DNA of 40,525 nt from Przondovirus NAN33P6, in the sequence record OZ035736.1; one strand, given 5' to 3'. Both the position numbers and the translations under genes were made by a program. Below are positions 26,420 through 36,170 of this stretch, piece by piece. The notes beneath the pieces were generated by a model. That model had not been told where the DNA came from. It was given only the letters and a program-made list of their open reading frames with translations, and searched no databases. Positions within the stretch are counted from its first letter, which is position 1. Every line of letters begins with the position of its first letter.

Positions 26420-28795
26420 ATGGCTCTCGTATCACAATCAATCAAGAACCTCAAGGGAGGCATTAGCCAACAGCCTGAAATCCTACGGTACCCAGAGCAG
26501 GGTTCACTTCAGGTCAACGGTTGGTCCTCCGAGACTGAGGGCCTCCAGAAGCGACCACCTATGGTGTTCATCAAGTCCTTAGGAGGCCGTGGGTATCTTG
26601 GGGAAGACCCCTACATCCACCTCATCAACCGTGACGAATACGAGCAGTATTACGCTGTGTTCACAGGGAATGACGTTCGGGTATTCGACCTGTCCGGCTA
26701 TGAGTATCAGGTCCGAGGTGACCGCTCATACGTTACCGTCAATAACCCTAAGGATAACTTGCGGATGGTCACAGTGGCTGACTACACGTTCATCGTGAAC
26801 CGCACCAGACAGGTCCGAGAGAGTCAGAACTTGACCAACGGTGGTACATTCAGGGATAACGTGGACGCCCTCATTAACGTTCGCGGTGGTCAGTATGGGC
26901 GAAAGCTCGAAGTGAACATTAACGGCGTGTGGGTAAGCCACCAACTGCCTCCGGGTGACAACGCTAAGGAGGACCCACCAAAGGTCGACGCACAGGCTAT
27001 CGCTGAGGCCCTAGCGACTCTTCTCAGAACGGCACACCCTACGTGGACGTTCAACGTTGGAACAGGGTTCATTCATTGTATAGCTCCGGCAGACACCACA
27101 CTTGACATATTCGAGACAAAGGATGGGTATGCAGACCAGCTAATCAATCCGGTCACCCATTACGTCCAGAGCTTCTCTAAGTTGCCTCTGAACGCCCCAG
27201 ATGGGTACATGGTGAAGATCGTCGGAGATACGTCAAAGACCGCCGACCAGTATTACGTTAAGTACGACAAGAGTCAGAAGGTCTGGAAGGAAACTGTTGG
27301 ATGGAACATCTCGATAGGACTGGATTACACCACTATGCCTTGGACACTGGTTCGCGCAGCTGACGGTAACTTCGACCTCGGGTATCACGATTGGAAGGAC
27401 CGACGTGCTGGCGACGAGGATACCAACCCTCAGCCATCCTTTGTGAGCTCGACGATAACTGATGTGTTCTTCTTCAGGAACCGCTTAGGGTTCATCTCTG
27501 GGGAGAACATCGTGATGTCACGTACCAGTAAATACTTTGAGTTCTACCCGCCGTCAGTGGCCAACTACACGGATGATGACCCACTGGATGTTGCTGTGAG
27601 CCATAACCGAGTGTCTGTCCTGAAGTATGCTGTGAGCTTCGCTGAGGAGCTTCTACTGTGGTCTGATGAGGCACAGTTCGTCCTGTCGGCCAACGGTGTG
27701 TTATCCGCTAAGACCGCACAACTTGACCTGACCACCCAGTTCGACGTGTCAGACCGTGCGCGTCCTTACGGTATCGGCAGGAACATCTACTATGCGTCTC
27801 CTCGCAGCTCCTTTACGTCCATCATGCGCTACTACGCGGTACAGGATGTAAGCTCTGTGAAGAACGCAGAGGACATGACGGCTCATGTACCGAACTACAT
27901 CCCGAACGGTGTGTATAGCATCAACGGGTCTGGTACGGAGAACTTCGCGTGTGTACTGACCAAGGGCGCTCCCAGCAAGGTGTTCATCTACAAGTTCCTC
28001 TACATGGATGAGAACATCCGGCAGCAGTCGTGGTCCCACTGGGACTTCGGGGACGGTGTGGAGGTGATGGCCGCAAACTGTATCAACTCGACGATGTACA
28101 TGCTGATGCGGAATGCCTACAACGTGTGGATAGCTGCGGTGGACTTTAAGAAGAACTCTACGGACTTTCCGTTCGAGCCTTACCGATTCCACGTGGACGC
28201 CAAGCGTTCATACCACATCTCAGAGACTGCGTACGACATTGAGACGAACCAGACGGTAGTGAACGTCAAGGATATCTACGGTGCGTCGTTCTCTAAGGGT
28301 ACCGTGGCAATCTGCGAGAGTGATGGTAAAATCACCGAGTACGAGCCTACGGGTTCCTCTTGGGATTCAACCCCGGACATCCGCATTAGCGGTGACATTT
28401 CCGGTAAGGACATTGTCATCGGGTTCCTGTACGACTTCCAGTATGTGTTCAGTCGGTTCCTCATCAAGCAGGAGCAGAATGATGGGACAACGTCGACGAT
28501 GGACTCTGGTCGTCTACAGCTGCGCAGGGCTTGGGTGAACTATCAGGACACTGGTGCGTTCACTGTGAGCGTCGATAACGGCAACCGCGAGTTCAACTAT
28601 CTGGTAAACGCCAGAGTTGGTTCTACTGGTTTACGGCTGGGTCAGAAGGCCACAACTACTGGCCAATACCGCTTCCCGGTGACGGGTAACGCCCTGTACC
28701 AGAAGGTGTCCTTGAGTTCCTTCAACGCTTCCCCTGTGTCAATCATTGGGTGTGGCTGGGAGGGTAACTATACCAACCGCGCCAGCGGTATTTAA
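26420..28795 (+). CDS. 12: Tail tubular protein B, T7 gp12 homolog
   Basis: 791 aa from ATG 26420 (AAGGAGG RBS); MAL.SQSIKNLKGGISQQP.ILRYP.QGS.QVNGWSSETEGLQKRPP, GRLQLRRAWVNY, IIGCGWEGNY match T7 gp12. Confidence 0.95.
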   Translation: MALVSQSIKNLKGGISQQPEILRYPEQGSLQVNGWSSETEGLQKRPPMVFIKSLGGRGYLGEDPYIHLINRDEYEQYYAVFTGNDVRVFDLSGYEYQVRGDRSYVTVNNPKDNLRMVTVADYTFIVNRTRQVRESQNLTNGGTFRDNVDALINVRGGQYGRKLEVNINGVWVSHQLPPGDNAKEDPPKVDAQAIAEALATLLRTAHPTWTFNVGTGFIHCIAPADTTLDIFETKDGYADQLINPVTHYVQSFSKLPLNAPDGYMVKIVGDTSKTADQYYVKYDKSQKVWKETVGWNISIGLDYTTMPWTLVRAADGNFDLGYHDWKDRRAGDEDTNPQPSFVSSTITDVFFFRNRLGFISGENIVMSRTSKYFEFYPPSVANYTDDDPLDVAVSHNRVSVLKYAVSFAEELLLWSDEAQFVLSANGVLSAKTAQLDLTTQFDVSDRARPYGIGRNIYYASPRSSFTSIMRYYAVQDVSSVKNAEDMTAHVPNYIPNGVYSINGSGTENFACVLTKGAPSKVFIYKFLYMDENIRQQSWSHWDFGDGVEVMAANCINSTMYMLMRNAYNVWIAAVDFKKNSTDFPFEPYRFHVDAKRSYHISETAYDIETNQTVVNVKDIYGASFSKGTVAICESDGKITEYEPTGSSWDSTPDIRISGDISGKDIVIGFLYDFQYVFSRFLIKQEQNDGTTSTMDSGRLQLRRAWVNYQDTGAFTVSVDNGNREFNYLVNARVGSTGLRLGQKATTTGQYRFPVTGNALYQKVSLSSFNASPVSIIGCGWEGNYTNRASGI

Positions 28796-28821
28796 CTGAA
28801 CGTCTCCCTGTGGTGTTGCTC

Positions 28822-28844
28822 AATTAGGTAGCACTATAGGGAGA
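28822..28844 (+). promoter_or_regulatory. Phage RNAP promoter (phi13-like)
   Basis: AATTAGGTAGCACTATAGGGAGA exact consensus. Confidence 0.85.
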
Positions 28845-28867
28845 CCACACTAAGAGGGACTTAAAGC

Positions 28868-29278
28868 ATGTACATAAGAAACACCGTAAGTAATGACTTC
28901 GAGTTATTCATCCCGGCCTACCATGACGTACTTGAGGCGCAGGCCATGGGTATAGAACCATCGTTCCCAGCGGTTACTGAGTGTGTCACGTTAGACCACG
29001 ATGGTTTTCCTTTGGCTATAGGTGGACACTGCGGAGACCAGTGCTGGTTCGTCACGAGTGACCAAGTGTGGAGACTCGACAGGGCTGGCAAGCTGGAGTT
29101 CCGTGAGAGAATCATGGAGTACAGGGACATGTTATTAAATGTTTATCCATCCCTGTGGAACTTCGTGTGGGTCGGTAATGGTCCCCACAAGCGGTTCCTT
29201 AAGTCCATCGGTGCTGTATTCCACGAGGAGTACACTCAGGGTGGGAAGTTCCAACTGTTCACCATAACGAGGAGGTAA
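28868..29278 (+). CDS. 13: Internal virion protein, probable gp13 homolog
   Basis: 136 aa; position and size as T7 gp13 between phi13 and gene 14. Confidence 0.7.
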   Translation: MYIRNTVSNDFELFIPAYHDVLEAQAMGIEPSFPAVTECVTLDHDGFPLAIGGHCGDQCWFVTSDQVWRLDRAGKLEFRERIMEYRDMLLNVYPSLWNFVWVGNGPHKRFLKSIGAVFHEEYTQGGKFQLFTITRR

Positions 29279-29280
29279 CT

Positions 29281-29871
29281 ATGTGCTGGGTGGCAGCTAT
29301 TCCTATCGCAATGACGGCAGTGCAGGCCATCGGTCAGTCACGCAATGAGGCCAAGATGATTGGCCTTCAGAATGACCAGATGCGCCGACAGTCTGCCCAG
29401 ATGATTAAAGAGTCAAACATTCAGAACGCTAACGCCAGCCTTGAGCAGAAGCAGAAGCTGGAAGAAGCCAGTGCGGACCTGACCGCTAAGAATCTCGATA
29501 AGGTTCAGGCCATGGGTACAATCCGTGCAGCAATCGGAGAGGGAAACCTTGAGGGTAACAGCATGGACCGTATCAGTCGAATCGAAGAGGGCAAGTTCAT
29601 TCGGGAGGCCAACGCGGTCACCGATAACTACCGTCGAGACTATGCGTCACTGTTCGCTCAGCAGCTGGGTAACTCTGAGTCGACTATCGACCAAGTTAAG
29701 TCCATGCAGAAAGCTGAGGGCAAGGGTAAGTCTAAGCTGGAGCAGGTACTCGACCCACTAGCACTGATGACCTCACAGGGTGCATCCGCGTATGCTTCCG
29801 GTGCATTTGACAGTAAGGGCACCAAGGCACCAATAAGTAAGGCCCAAGGTACTAAGGTAGGAGGTAAATAA
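29281..29871 (+). CDS. 14: Internal virion (core) protein B, T7 gp14 homolog
   Basis: 196 aa; MCW.AAIPIA...QAI, NIQNA..SL....KLEEASA.LT..N..KVQA.G.IRAAIGE..LEG.SMDRI.R..EG.FIREAN.VT.NYRRDY, LDPLA.M.S..ASAYASGAFDSK match T7 gp14. Confidence 0.9.
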   Translation: MCWVAAIPIAMTAVQAIGQSRNEAKMIGLQNDQMRRQSAQMIKESNIQNANASLEQKQKLEEASADLTAKNLDKVQAMGTIRAAIGEGNLEGNSMDRISRIEEGKFIREANAVTDNYRRDYASLFAQQLGNSESTIDQVKSMQKAEGKGKSKLEQVLDPLALMTSQGASAYASGAFDSKGTKAPISKAQGTKVGGK

Positions 29872-32126
29872 TGGCCAGTAAATTAGAACAAGCATTAAGC
29901 CAACTACCACAGGCCGGGTCTACCCGTATCCGTGGTGGCTCGGCATCCATGCAGTATCGCCCAGTGACCATCCAACAGGAAGGGTTCCGGCAGTCTAATC
30001 TCGTGCAGTCCTTGGCGAAGTTTGGTACTGCGGTGGGTGAAGCAGCGGATGCTTACGACAAGCGTCAACGGGACAAGGCCGATGAGCGGTCCGATGAGAT
30101 TATCCGTAAGTTGACCCCAGAGCAGCGCCGGGAGGCAATCAAGAACGGGACCCTGCTATATCAGGATGACCCGTACGCTATGGAGGCCCTACGGTTCAAG
30201 ACTGGACGTAACGCAGCGTTCCTCATTGACGACGAAGTGGCACAGCGTGTTCAGAACGGTGAGTTCCGTACTCGTGCTGAGATGGAAGAGTATCGCCACA
30301 AGCGGTTGACCGAAGGTGCCAATGAGTTCGCCGAACAGTTCATGATTAACCCTGAGGACTCTGAGTTCCAGAGAGGGTTCAACGCGAACATCACTGAGCG
30401 CAACATCTCGCTGTACGGTAAGCACGATACGTTCCTTAGTGAGCAAGCCCAGAAGGGTGCCATACTGGCCTCGAAGGTTGAGCTGTCAGGCGTACTCAAA
30501 GACCCTGCCGTTCTGGCCCGTCCAGAGTCCGGTGAGTTCTTCCAGCGCTACATCGACAACGCGATTAAGACCGGGAGTATCCCTAGCGACGCTCAGGCGC
30601 AGCAGGTCATCATAGGGTCCCTTAACGACGTCATCCAGCGTCCGGGTGCCACCAACTTCCTCCAGAGCCTTGCAGACCGTCCGGTTACCCTCAACGGGAA
30701 GACCTCGACCTATAAGGAGCTGATGGGAGAGGAGCAATGGAACGCCCTGATGGTCAAGGCCCAGTCGACTCAGTTCGACAATGACGCCAAGTTGTCTGAA
30801 GGTTTCCGCCTTGGGATTACAAGCGCGTTGAACCAAGACGATACCAGCAAGGGCTGGGAGATGCTTCAGGGTGCCAAAGCGGAACTTGACCGCCTACAAC
30901 CCGGTGAGCAGATGACCCCAGAGCGTGAGCGCTTGATTCAGGCTGAGGAGCAGATGCAGGCCCGTTTCCGTCAGGAGGCCCAAGCCGCAGCCAAAGAGAT
31001 GGACAAGCGTCAGAAGACTATAAACAAGAATCAGGTCATCGACCAGCAGTTCACCAAGCGTATAAACGGTCAGTACGTGTCCACCAGCTACAAGGACATG
31101 CCGACCAATGAGAACACCGGAGAGTTCACGCACAGTGACATGGTGAACTACGCTAACGGTAAGCTGGCCGAGATTGACCAGATGCAGCTCACTGAGCAAC
31201 AGAAGGACCGTATGAAGCTGAGCTACCTCCGGGCAGACTCAGAGGGTGGAGCCTTCCGTACCGTTGTGGGCCAGATGGTAACCGACGCTGGGTCTGAATG
31301 GTCTGCCGCTGTGATTAACGGTAAGTTACCGGAGGACACCACGGCGCTGAACAAGCTGCGTACCATGCGTAACACCGACCCGGACCTCTTCGCTGCACTG
31401 TACCCGGACAAGGCTGAGCTGTTCCTAACGCTCGACATGATGGATAAGCAGGGGATTGACCCTCAGATTCTCATCGACGCTGACCGTTCTCGCCGCAGCC
31501 TAACAAAAGAGATGCAGTACGAGGATGACAAAGCGTGGGCGGCACTGAAGAACAACTCCCAGTCCCCAGAACTGTCCCGCATTCCGGCCAGTCTTGATGC
31601 TATGGCCAGAAAGATGTATGACAGCGTCAAGTACCGCACAGGCAACAGTGACATGGCCATGGAGCAGGTCGATAAGTTCCTCAAGGAATCCACTGTGACT
31701 TTCAAAGGTGATGACGTGGATGGTGATACCATTGGTATTATCCCGAAGAACATCCTACAGGTCAGTGATGACCCTAAGAGCTGGGAGCAGGGCCGAGACA
31801 TCCTCGAAGAAGCCCGTAAGGGAATCATCGCGGCTAACCCTTGGGTGACCAACAAGCAGCTGACGATGTACCAGCAGGGTGACTCCATCTACATGATGGA
31901 CACCACTGGCACTGTACGCATCCGCTACGACAAGGAGCTACTGACTCGAACCTATCAGGAACAGCAGCAGCGACTGGCCAAGGAAGCCGAAGAGAAGGCA
32001 CTGAAGGAAGCAACCAAACGCGCACCTATTGCCGCAGCCACTCAGGCCCGTAAGGCCGCTGGTGAGCGTGTCCGTGCGAAACGTAAAGCCACTCCGAAGT
32101 TCATCTATGGAGGTGGTTACCAATAA
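29871..32126 (+). CDS. 15: Internal virion (core) protein C, T7 gp15 homolog
   Basis: 751 aa; IIRKLTPEQRREA..NGTLLYQDDPYAMEALR.KTGRNAA, EMEEYRH.RL.EGA, GEEQWNALMV, KQGIDPQ, SWEQGRDILEEARKGIIA.NPW.TNKQLTMY.QGDSIY.MDTTG match T7 gp15. Confidence 0.95.
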   Translation: MASKLEQALSQLPQAGSTRIRGGSASMQYRPVTIQQEGFRQSNLVQSLAKFGTAVGEAADAYDKRQRDKADERSDEIIRKLTPEQRREAIKNGTLLYQDDPYAMEALRFKTGRNAAFLIDDEVAQRVQNGEFRTRAEMEEYRHKRLTEGANEFAEQFMINPEDSEFQRGFNANITERNISLYGKHDTFLSEQAQKGAILASKVELSGVLKDPAVLARPESGEFFQRYIDNAIKTGSIPSDAQAQQVIIGSLNDVIQRPGATNFLQSLADRPVTLNGKTSTYKELMGEEQWNALMVKAQSTQFDNDAKLSEGFRLGITSALNQDDTSKGWEMLQGAKAELDRLQPGEQMTPERERLIQAEEQMQARFRQEAQAAAKEMDKRQKTINKNQVIDQQFTKRINGQYVSTSYKDMPTNENTGEFTHSDMVNYANGKLAEIDQMQLTEQQKDRMKLSYLRADSEGGAFRTVVGQMVTDAGSEWSAAVINGKLPEDTTALNKLRTMRNTDPDLFAALYPDKAELFLTLDMMDKQGIDPQILIDADRSRRSLTKEMQYEDDKAWAALKNNSQSPELSRIPASLDAMARKMYDSVKYRTGNSDMAMEQVDKFLKESTVTFKGDDVDGDTIGIIPKNILQVSDDPKSWEQGRDILEEARKGIIAANPWVTNKQLTMYQQGDSIYMMDTTGTVRIRYDKELLTRTYQEQQQRLAKEAEEKALKEATKRAPIAAATQARKAAGERVRAKRKATPKFIYGGGYQ

Positions 32127-32142
32127 CCATTAAGGAGACAAC

Positions 32143-35100
32143 ATGAGCTACGATAAGTCTAAACCTAGCGATTACGATGGCATCTTCCAGAAGGCAGCAG
32201 ACTCTCATGGGGTCTCCTATGACCTCCTGCGTAAGTTATCGTTTAACGAATCATCCTTCAACCCTAAGGCCGTCTCTAAGACTGGCCCTAAGGGCATCAT
32301 GCAGTTCACCCGCAACACGGCCCGAGCGATGGGCCTTAACGTGACAGACGGTGACGACGATGGGCGCTACAACCCTGAGTTAGCCATTGACGCTGGTGCT
32401 AAGCTGCTTGCGAGCCTCGTTAAGAAGTACAATGGGGATGAGCTGAAAGCAGCCCTAGCGTACAACCAAGGGGAAGGCCCAGCGGGTGCTCCCCAGCTCC
32501 AAGCGTACGACAAGGGAGACTTCGGGTCTATCTCGGAGGAAGGTCGTAACTACATGCGCAAGCTGCTGGATGTGGCCAAGAGTCCGAACTCAGGCGCACT
32601 GGAGGCGTTCGGTGGCATCACCCCAAAGGGTAAAGGGATTCCCGCAGAGGATGCCTTCAAGGGCATCGCTAAGGCTGGAAAGGTTGGTACCGAACTGCCG
32701 GAGTCCCATGGGTTCGACGTTGAAGGTGTAGCGCAGGAAGCGCCCAACACTCCGTACGCTAAGGACTTCTGGGAGAAGACCGGGACGACTCTCGACGAGT
32801 ATAACGCTCGGTCAACCTTCTTCGGGTTCGGGGATGCGGCTGAAGCTCAGATTCAGAACTCCACATTAGGTGTGGCCTTCCGTGCTGCGCGTGCCGACGA
32901 TGGGTATGATGTGTTCAAGGACACGATGACCCCGACTCGCTGGAACTCTTATGTTCCATCCAAGGAAGACTTGCAGAAGCTGCGCGACTCTGGGTTACCT
33001 CCGAGTTACTACGGTGTGGTGACTGGTGGTGACGGCGAGAACTGGGATGCACTCATCAAGCTGGCCAAGGATAACTTCGAGGCTGACCAACGGGCCGCTG
33101 AGGCTGGTACTGGGGCGAAACTCGCTGCTGGTATCGTTGGTGCTGGTGTAGACCCACTAAGCTATGCACCTCTGGTCGGTGTGGCCGGGAAAGGACTCAA
33201 GGTGGTCAATAAGGCCCTGCGAGTAGGCGCACAGGCTGGAGCACTCAGTGTTGCCTCTGAGGGAATCCGTACGTCAGTAGCTGGTGGTGAAGCTCACTAC
33301 GCTGATGCAGCACTTGGCGGGTTACTGTTCGGTGCTGGCATGTCGGCTCTTAGTGACGCTGTGGCCGCTGGTATCCGCAAGGCTCGTGGAGTAGACTCCG
33401 TGAATGAGTTCGCTGGTCCAGCACTCCGCATGGAAGCACGAGAGACTGCCATAAACACTGGGGGTCACGACACCTCGACTCTACCTCCAGAGAACTTCTC
33501 GTTCGAGCAGGGCCACAGAGGTGTTCCGTTCGCCGACCACCCGACCGAAGAGGGCGCAGTGGTTCTGGCTAATGGTTCCATCCTGAGCGATACCAACCCG
33601 CTTAACCCAAGGACTCAACGTGACTTCGCAGAGATTGACCCAGAGCGTGCAGCCCCCGGTATCAGGCTCGGTGGGTTCACTGAGATTGGCCTGAAGACCT
33701 TAGGGTCCAAGGATGCTGGTGTTCGTGCAATCGCTCAGGACCTCGTGCGCTCTCCAACAGGGATGCAATCAGGGTCTAGTGGTAAGTTCGGGGCTACAGC
33801 TTCGGACATCCATGAGCGGCTCCATGCGACTGACCAACGGATGTACAACCAACTGTATGACGCTGTTGACCGCGCCATGAAGGACCCAGAGTTCTCCGTG
33901 GGTGAGCAGAAGATGTCACGCAGAGCCATCCGTCAGGAAGTCTACAAGCGTGCTGCCTTGGCGATTGAGCGCCCAGAGTTACAGGCTGATTTGACCAAAG
34001 GTGAACGTGAGGTGATGGACCTGCTGAAGGAGCACTTCGACACCAAGCGTGAACTGATGGAACAGCCGGGTATCTTCGGTAACGCTAACGCCGTGAGCAT
34101 CTTCCCCGGTAGTCGACACAAGGGTACCTACGTGCCTAACGTGTACGACAGGGGCGCTAAGGAACTGATGATGCAGAAGCTGGGTGGACCTGAAGGGCTC
34201 CAACAGGCAATCGCTCAGAGCTGGCTCACCAGTTACCGAGTGCGTCCTGAGGTCAAGGCACGTGTCGACGAGTACCTTATGGAACTCAACGGCTACAAGT
34301 CGGTAGACCAAGTGACACCTGAGGTGGTCCAGAAGCACGCCATTGACAAGGCTTACGGTATCAGTCACACAGAGGACTTCACAGCGTCCAGCGTCATTGA
34401 CGACAACATCACAGGTCTGGTCGGTATCGAGAACAACTCGTTCCTTGAAGCCCGTAACATGTTCGACAGCGACATCCCGGTCACCTTGCCGGACGGGTCA
34501 ACCTTCAGTGTCAACGACCTGAGGGACTTCGATATGGCACGGATTATCCCAGCGTACGACCGTCGAGTTAACGGTGATATCTCCATCATGGGTGGCAGTG
34601 GGAAGACCACGAAGCAGCTCAAGGACGAAATCATGGCGTTAGACAAGCGGGCCGAACGTAAGGGGCAACTGAAGGGTGAAGTGGAAGCGCTGAAGGACAC
34701 CGTTAAGATTCTCACTGGGCGTGCTCGACGTAACAACGATACAGCCTTTGAGACGGCTATGCGTTCCCTGAATGATCTAGCGTTCTTCGCTAAGAACTTC
34801 TACATGGGTCCGCAGAACCTCACAGAGATTGCTGGGATGTTGGCTAAGGGTAACGTTAAGGCGATGCTACACGGTATCCCAACGTTGCGAGACCTCGCCA
34901 CCAGAACCTCTCCGGTGTCGGGTAGTGAACTTCGTGAACTCCATGGGGCGCTGTTCGGTAAGGAACTCGACCAGTTAATCCGTCCTGGACGTGAGGACAT
35001 CGTACAGCGAATCCGTGAGGCTTCCGATACCAGTGGAGCCATGGCGTCAGTCATTGGTACCATTAAGTTCGGCACTCAGGAGCTGTCAGCACGCTCTCCT

Positions 35101-36108
35101 TGGACCAAGATGTTGAATGGTACAGCCAACTACATTCTGGACACTGCCCGTCAAGGTGTGCTCGGTGATGTGGCTGGTGCGGCCCTAGGCGGTAAGGGTT
35201 CCAAGTTTGGTAAAGAGAACTTCCTCAAAGCTGCCTCTATCAGTCCTGAGCAGTGGAAGGGCATCAAGCAACTCTTTGTCGACCACGCGACTCGTGACGC
35301 TAACGGCCAGTTCACCATCAAGGACAAGAAGGCTTTCAGTCAGGACCCGAGAGCGATGGACCTGTGGCGTCTTGCCGATAAGGTTGCCGACGAGACCATG
35401 CTACGGCCTCACAAGGTATCACAGCAGGATTCCAAGGCGTACGGTGCTGGTGTCAAGATGGCTATGCAGTTCAAGAACTTCACCATCAAGTCACTCAACG
35501 CTAAGTTCATTCGGTCCTTCTATGAGGGCTACAAGAACAACCGCGCTATCGACATGGCATTGACCCACATCCTGTCACTCGGTATAGCCGGGACTTACTA
35601 TGCGATGCAGGCCCACGTGAAGGCTTACGGTCTCCAAGAGTCTCAACGTAAGGACTACCTGAAGAAAGCCCTGAACCCGACCATGCTGGTGTACGCAGCG
35701 TTGACTCGAAGTTCCCACATTGGTGCCCCGCTGTCCATCGTCTCGATGATTGCAGGTGCCGCTGGGTTCCAAGATGCAAACATGCTGCGCTCCACCATCT
35801 TGCCTAAGGAGGAACAGTTCCAGAAGAAAGGCGGGGCGTCCAAAGGTCGGGCTGAGTCGAGTAACCTTGCGGGTAACCTAGGGTCTCAGGTCCCGGCTCT
35901 TGGTTACGTAGGGAACGTCATTGCGACCGCTAAGAACGCCTACGGTGTTGTTACAGCACCCAATAAGCCGACTGAGCGCGACTACATGACTGGCCTGATG
36001 AACTCCACTAAGGAGCTTGTGCCGAACGACCCGCTGACCCAACAGCTCATAATGAAAATCTATGAGGCTAACGGAGTAACCATCAAACAGCAGCCTAAAC
36101 CCAACTAA
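32143..36108 (+). CDS. 16: Internal virion (core) protein D with N-terminal lytic transglycosylase domain, T7 gp16 homolog
   Basis: 1321 aa; PSDYDG.FQKAAD..GVSYDLLRK, TGP.G.MQFT (transglycosylase motif region), KAALAYNQGEG, long conserved central and C-terminal runs (ARSPWTK.LNGT.NY.LD.ARQG, DPLTQQL..KIYEANGV). Confidence 0.95.
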   Translation: MSYDKSKPSDYDGIFQKAADSHGVSYDLLRKLSFNESSFNPKAVSKTGPKGIMQFTRNTARAMGLNVTDGDDDGRYNPELAIDAGAKLLASLVKKYNGDELKAALAYNQGEGPAGAPQLQAYDKGDFGSISEEGRNYMRKLLDVAKSPNSGALEAFGGITPKGKGIPAEDAFKGIAKAGKVGTELPESHGFDVEGVAQEAPNTPYAKDFWEKTGTTLDEYNARSTFFGFGDAAEAQIQNSTLGVAFRAARADDGYDVFKDTMTPTRWNSYVPSKEDLQKLRDSGLPPSYYGVVTGGDGENWDALIKLAKDNFEADQRAAEAGTGAKLAAGIVGAGVDPLSYAPLVGVAGKGLKVVNKALRVGAQAGALSVASEGIRTSVAGGEAHYADAALGGLLFGAGMSALSDAVAAGIRKARGVDSVNEFAGPALRMEARETAINTGGHDTSTLPPENFSFEQGHRGVPFADHPTEEGAVVLANGSILSDTNPLNPRTQRDFAEIDPERAAPGIRLGGFTEIGLKTLGSKDAGVRAIAQDLVRSPTGMQSGSSGKFGATASDIHERLHATDQRMYNQLYDAVDRAMKDPEFSVGEQKMSRRAIRQEVYKRAALAIERPELQADLTKGEREVMDLLKEHFDTKRELMEQPGIFGNANAVSIFPGSRHKGTYVPNVYDRGAKELMMQKLGGPEGLQQAIAQSWLTSYRVRPEVKARVDEYLMELNGYKSVDQVTPEVVQKHAIDKAYGISHTEDFTASSVIDDNITGLVGIENNSFLEARNMFDSDIPVTLPDGSTFSVNDLRDFDMARIIPAYDRRVNGDISIMGGSGKTTKQLKDEIMALDKRAERKGQLKGEVEALKDTVKILTGRARRNNDTAFETAMRSLNDLAFFAKNFYMGPQNLTEIAGMLAKGNVKAMLHGIPTLRDLATRTSPVSGSELRELHGALFGKELDQLIRPGREDIVQRIREASDTSGAMASVIGTIKFGTQELSARSPWTKMLNGTANYILDTARQGVLGDVAGAALGGKGSKFGKENFLKAASISPEQWKGIKQLFVDHATRDANGQFTIKDKKAFSQDPRAMDLWRLADKVADETMLRPHKVSQQDSKAYGAGVKMAMQFKNFTIKSLNAKFIRSFYEGYKNNRAIDMALTHILSLGIAGTYYAMQAHVKAYGLQESQRKDYLKKALNPTMLVYAALTRSSHIGAPLSIVSMIAGAAGFQDANMLRSTILPKEEQFQKKGGASKGRAESSNLAGNLGSQVPALGYVGNVIATAKNAYGVVTAPNKPTERDYMTGLMNSTKELVPNDPLTQQLIMKIYEANGVTIKQQPKPN

Positions 36109-36129
36109 TTAGGTAGCACTATAGGGAGA
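36107..36129 (+). promoter_or_regulatory. Phage RNAP promoter (phi17-like)
   Basis: AATTAGGTAGCACTATAGGGAGA exact consensus; transcript starts with GGGAGACC...GGTTTCCC inverted repeat. Confidence 0.85.
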
Positions 36130-36170
36130 CCAGCACGGTTTCCCTTCTCATTCAACTTAAGGAGGTCACG